From assembly GCA_002344135.1 (NCBI GenBank), contig DDTO01000008.1, forward strand, positions 88,566 through 152,565: a DNA stretch of 64,000 nt. The letters are read 5' to 3'. The DNA comes from Chthonomonas sp. UBA2362. GTDB taxonomy: Bacteria; Armatimonadota; Fimbriimonadia; Fimbriimonadales; Fimbriimonadaceae. The notes under the pieces are model-generated. The model worked only from the letters and a program-made list of their open reading frames with translations. It made no database searches and was not told the origin of the DNA. The translations under genes were made by a program, and so were the position numbers. The first letter of the stretch is position 1. Every line of letters starts with the position of its first letter. Below, in pieces: positions 61,034 to 64,000 of this stretch.

Positions 61034-62226
61034 AAGAAGAAATCCGCAGAATCATGAAACTGGTCGAGGAGGGCAAGCTCTCCGCCGACGATGCCGCCGA
61101 ACTCATCGACGCTTTCGAATCGGCGCCCGCCGAGGAAGACGCGGCCGAGCCAGGCGACTCCACCGAATCCAAAGAAACCGACGACCAAGCGAAAAAGGAT
61201 CCCTTTGCCGCCGTGGTCGAGGCGATCGAGAAAATCGGCAAGGAGGTATCGACATCCGTCAACTGGAGCGAGATTGCTGCTCAGATCAAGGAGGGCACGA
61301 AGAAGGGCGTGGAAGCGATCAAGCACGCCGCCGAGCAAGCCAAGTCAGGCCGTGGCTGGACCCTCTTCGGCATTGCCGAGAAGAAGGAGGTCGAACTTCC
61401 GCTCGATGTCCCAGCCGGCAAGATCCTCAGGATCGAAAACGGAAGCGGCGATGTCAAGGTCTATGGCGGAGCGACGAGCGGTGTCCTCATCGCCCGGGCG
61501 ACGATCCGCGGCAAGGATGCCGACGACGCCAAGTCTCGCGCCGAGACGTACACGCCGGTCATCGAAGAGAGCGACCATTTCGTGCTCATCCGCCAGCCCG
61601 ACGTAGGCGGTCTTCACGTGGACCTGGAAGTCCGCATCTCGGGCACGTCCTCCGTCGAAGTGCGCTGCGAGTCGGGCGACATTCATGTCGACGGCACGGG
61701 TGGAGGATGTCGCATCGATGGGCGCAGCGGCGATGTTCGGCTGACCGGCCTCGACGGCGCTGTCGAGCTCGACACCGTCAGCGGCGACGTCTACATCGCC
61801 GATTCGAAGGCCACCTCTCTGGATCTCGAAGGGAAGAGCGGCGACATCCGGATCGAGCGGGTCAAAGGCAACTTCAACATTCGAACGAGCGCTGGCGACG
61901 TCTCGCTCCGCGAAGTGTCGGGCCGCACCATCTCGGTGGAAGCAGTGTCCGGCAGCGTTCATCTGGACGTCGACGAACCGGTCGATGGCACGATCAACAT
62001 CCGAACGGTGAACGGCAATTCGCGAGTCGGCATCCCGGATGGCTCGAACTGCCGGGTCGCCCTTTCCACCCTGCGGGGGGGAGTTCACACCGAGCTGTTC
62101 CTGAAGGACGAGGCCCGTCACGAGAACCGCATCACCGGCGTGCTGGGCGACGGTGCTGGAACCGTGGATATCAGCGCCGTGAACGGCGACGTGATGCTGG
62201 CTCTGCACGATACAGCGACGCTGTAG
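61030..62226 (+). CDS. SHOCT-like + DUF4097 beta-strand-repeat protein (putative adhesin/envelope-stress fold)
   Basis: N-terminal IMKLVEEGKLSADDAAELIDAFE, an acidic linker, then repeated SGD(I/V)x(V/L/I) strands (GSGDVKVYG, SGDIHVDG, SGDVRLTG, SGDVYIAD, SGDIRIER, AGDVSLRE, SGSVHLDV, NGDVMLAL). 4-nt overlap with the DUF2089 gene. Confidence 0.75.
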   Translation: MKEEIRRIMKLVEEGKLSADDAAELIDAFESAPAEEDAAEPGDSTESKETDDQAKKDPFAAVVEAIEKIGKEVSTSVNWSEIAAQIKEGTKKGVEAIKHAAEQAKSGRGWTLFGIAEKKEVELPLDVPAGKILRIENGSGDVKVYGGATSGVLIARATIRGKDADDAKSRAETYTPVIEESDHFVLIRQPDVGGLHVDLEVRISGTSSVEVRCESGDIHVDGTGGGCRIDGRSGDVRLTGLDGAVELDTVSGDVYIADSKATSLDLEGKSGDIRIERVKGNFNIRTSAGDVSLREVSGRTISVEAVSGSVHLDVDEPVDGTINIRTVNGNSRVGIPDGSNCRVALSTLRGGVHTELFLKDEARHENRITGVLGDGAGTVDISAVNGDVMLALHDTATL

Positions 62227-62337
62227 GCCGCTGCTCCGCGGCGAGGAACGTTCGGTGTTCGGGCCTCCATCCGCTCCCGACGGAGGGGGGCCGAACACGT
62301 CCCCGAGGCCCTAGAGCGCAAGGAACGGTATCATCGG

Positions 62338-62559
62338 ATGATGCGGTTCCAGGCCATCTTCGTTTATGACGACGAGTATCAGGGCTACACGGTCGAGGTC
62401 CCGGAATTGCCCGGCTGCATGAGCCAAGGGAAGACTCTGGATGAAGCCGTGGCCAATGTCAGAGAGGCGATTCAAGGTGTTCTCTTCGTGTTGGAGAAGA
62501 ACGGCGAACCCTACAAGCCTGCGACACGTGCTGTGCTGGTGGGCGAGATCGCCGTCTGA
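62338..62559 (+). CDS. hicB: HicB-family antitoxin (short, no DNA-binding extension)
   Basis: MMRFQAIFVYDDEYQGYTVEVPELPGCMSQGKTLDEAVANVREAI is the UPF0150/HicB N-domain pattern. 2-nt gap to hicA. Confidence 0.7.
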   Translation: MMRFQAIFVYDDEYQGYTVEVPELPGCMSQGKTLDEAVANVREAIQGVLFVLEKNGEPYKPATRAVLVGEIAV

Positions 62560-62561
62560 CC

Positions 62562-62786
62562 GTGGGAAAGCTTCCTGTCGTCTCAGGACAAGAAGCCGTG
62601 CGTGCTTTCGAACGGCTCGGTTGGGTGATGGATCACCAGGCCGGAAGCCACATGATCCTGTACCGACGGGGCCACGCTACGCTATCCATTCCGAATCATC
62701 GTGAACTAGCGCCTGGACTCTTGCGAGGCCTCATTCGGCGGTCTGGACTGACCGTCGAAGAATTCCTATCGAGGCTGATTGAGTGA
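62562..62786 (+). CDS. hicA: HicA-family mRNA interferase toxin
   Basis: LPVVSGQEAVRAFERLGWVMDHQAGSHMILYRRGHATLSIPNHRELAPGLLRGLIRRSGLTVEEF is the YcfA/HicA dsRBD-like pattern with a conserved GSH. Confidence 0.8.
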   Translation: MGKLPVVSGQEAVRAFERLGWVMDHQAGSHMILYRRGHATLSIPNHRELAPGLLRGLIRRSGLTVEEFLSRLIE

Positions 62787-62824
62787 AACCCACTCGAACC
62801 GGAGCGAGCCCCAAAGCACCGCTG

Positions 62825-62930
62825 GCGGGCCGCCTTCCCGCGGCAAGAGCCATCCGCGGGCTACCGCGATAGGGTTGGTAGCCGGGGGATGGTTCGTGCC
62901 CCCGGTGGCCGACTTCCGGCCTTCCCGCGG
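62825..62930 (-). repeat. one full + one truncated copy of the hairpin repeat family, inverted orientation (locus C)
   Basis: The reverse complement of 62850-62930 reads CCGCGGGAAGGCCGG...CCGGGGGCACGAACCATCCCCCGGCTACC...GGTAGCCCGCGGATGG. A second head, CCGCGGGAAGG, lies at 62834-62843. Confidence 0.8.
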
Positions 62931-62948
62931 CACAACCCATCGGCATTC

Positions 62949-64000
62949 TCAAACCGAGGCGAGGCCGAGGCGGCCCACTGCCGAATCGAGGTCATCGTAG
63001 GCCCGCATCGGAGGCAAATTGGCGAGAATTTCGTCGCCGTATCGCTTGGTTTGGACGCGGGGGTCGAGGATGGCGATCAAGCCGCTGTCCTCCGATCGGC
63101 GGATCAGCCGCCCCGCGCCCTGCCGCATGAGCATCTTGGCTTTCGGCAGGGTGTGGCTGGCGAAGGCGTCCCTTCCCAGGCCCTCCAGCCAAGCCATTCG
63201 CGCAATCTGCGGCGGATCGACCGGCACCTCGAAGGGAACACGGACGAGCACGACGCAGGAGAGAGTCTCCCCGGGGGCGTCGAAACCGGTCCAGTAGGAG
63301 CGGAGCGCGAAGAGCGAAGCGCGGACCTCGCTCCGGAAGCGGTCGCCGACGCTTGCGGCGCCATACGCTCGCTGCATCAGGACCGGAAGATCTGGCGGGA
63401 GGACGATGCGGCGATGGACTTCCTCCATTTCACGCCGGCTATGAAAGAGAGCGAGGGTCCTCCCCTCGACGGCACGGATGATGCGTCCAAGTTCCTGGGC
63501 GATTGCGTCGAAGTAGGCGAATTCCCGGCCGCTCTGCCGCGCCTCGCTTGGGTCGGGAATCGCGCCCCGACTAGGCATGAAGAGAGCGCTCTGGCTCTGA
63601 AAGTCGAAAGGTGAAGGCAGGATTTCGCGGAAGCGCGGATTTACGCCGGTCACATGAGTGAAGTAGTCGAAACCCCCATCCAGGGCGAGGGTCGCCGACA
63701 GGCACGCCGCGGGAGTTTGACTCCATAGGAGCGATTCGAGCGGCCCGGCGAGGTCGATCACATCTCGGCGAACGTTGACCGGCCTTCCCGGATCGGCAGA
63801 TAGATAGGTGACTCCCGCGCCGAGAGGAACGGCGTCTGGGTCGTGTTCTGGGTCGGTCTGGAAGAGGGTGCGACACCCCCAGGCGTATTCGTCCAGGTAT
63901 GCCGCATACGTTCGCAAGGCGTCAGTCGCCCCGGCCTCGGTCTTGGCGGCGAGATTGCCGGGGTCCTTCCAGCGCACGAGAGCGGCCCGCGACTGAGCCA
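62949..64000 (-). CDS. DinG/XPD-like ATP-dependent DNA helicase (C-terminal part; 5' end beyond the right edge)
   Basis: RTLALFHSRREMEEV, YWTGFDAPGETLSCVVLVRVPF, MRQGAGRLIRRSEDSGLIAILDPR are helicase_C_2 motifs V-VI. The frame stays open to position 64000 upstream of the GTG listed in the ORF track. Confidence 0.7.
   Translation of the reverse strand, partial: AQSRAALVRWKDPGNLAAKTEAGATDALRTYAAYLDEYAWGCRTLFQTDPEHDPDAVPLGAGVTYLSADPGRPVNVRRDVIDLAGPLESLLWSQTPAACLSATLALDGGFDYFTHVTGVNPRFREILPSPFDFQSQSALFMPSRGAIPDPSEARQSGREFAYFDAIAQELGRIIRAVEGRTLALFHSRREMEEVHRRIVLPPDLPVLMQRAYGAASVGDRFRSEVRASLFALRSYWTGFDAPGETLSCVVLVRVPFEVPVDPPQIARMAWLEGLGRDAFASHTLPKAKMLMRQGAGRLIRRSEDSGLIAILDPRVQTKRYGDEILANLPPMRAYDDLDSAVGRLGLASV

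Overview
Visibly GC-rich bacterial chromosomal segment, densely coded on both strands. I support about 55 protein genes and one tRNA.

**Housekeeping content**
- DNA transactions: topA, uvrB, ruvAB, sbcCD, dprA-like, a partial DinG-like helicase.
- Protein quality control: an hsp20-lon operon and an M16 peptidase.
- Cofactor genes: ribBA, folC, queD, lipB.
- Respiration and translation: a lone nuoG-like gene and an EF-G paralogue.
- Carbohydrate enzymes: a GH57 branching enzyme and a GH38 alpha-mannosidase.

**Likely host.** The window carries a PEP-CTERM sorting signal, a possible LptD-like outer-membrane protein, dockerin-type C-termini and a planctomycete-style CxxCH lipoprotein. These point to a diderm environmental bacterium. 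Armatimonadota or a PVC-like group is only my guess, and I cannot verify it from the sequence alone.

**Things worth a second look**
1. Four secreted proteins have unrelated N-terminal cargo but share a conserved C-terminal cassette. It is a beta-sandwich-like segment followed by two dockerin-type Ca loops, and it ends at or next to the C-terminus in FG-x-GD(E/D).
2. A 1.26-kb gene-less gap between two convergent genes holds two adjacent tandem arrays, both with a strict 21-bp period.
3. A hairpin-forming repeat family of about 80-83 bp occurs at three intergenic loci, one of them with four copies or part-copies.
4. A small PEP-CTERM protein carries a thioester-domain-like Cys...Q-x-A-I-W signature.
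5. A subtilase carries a C-type-lectin-like insert with both the EPN and WND motifs.

No CRISPR array, rRNA, transposase or integrase is recognisable. Many long ORFs in the supplied track are antisense or alternative-frame shadows typical of GC-rich DNA, and I rejected them.
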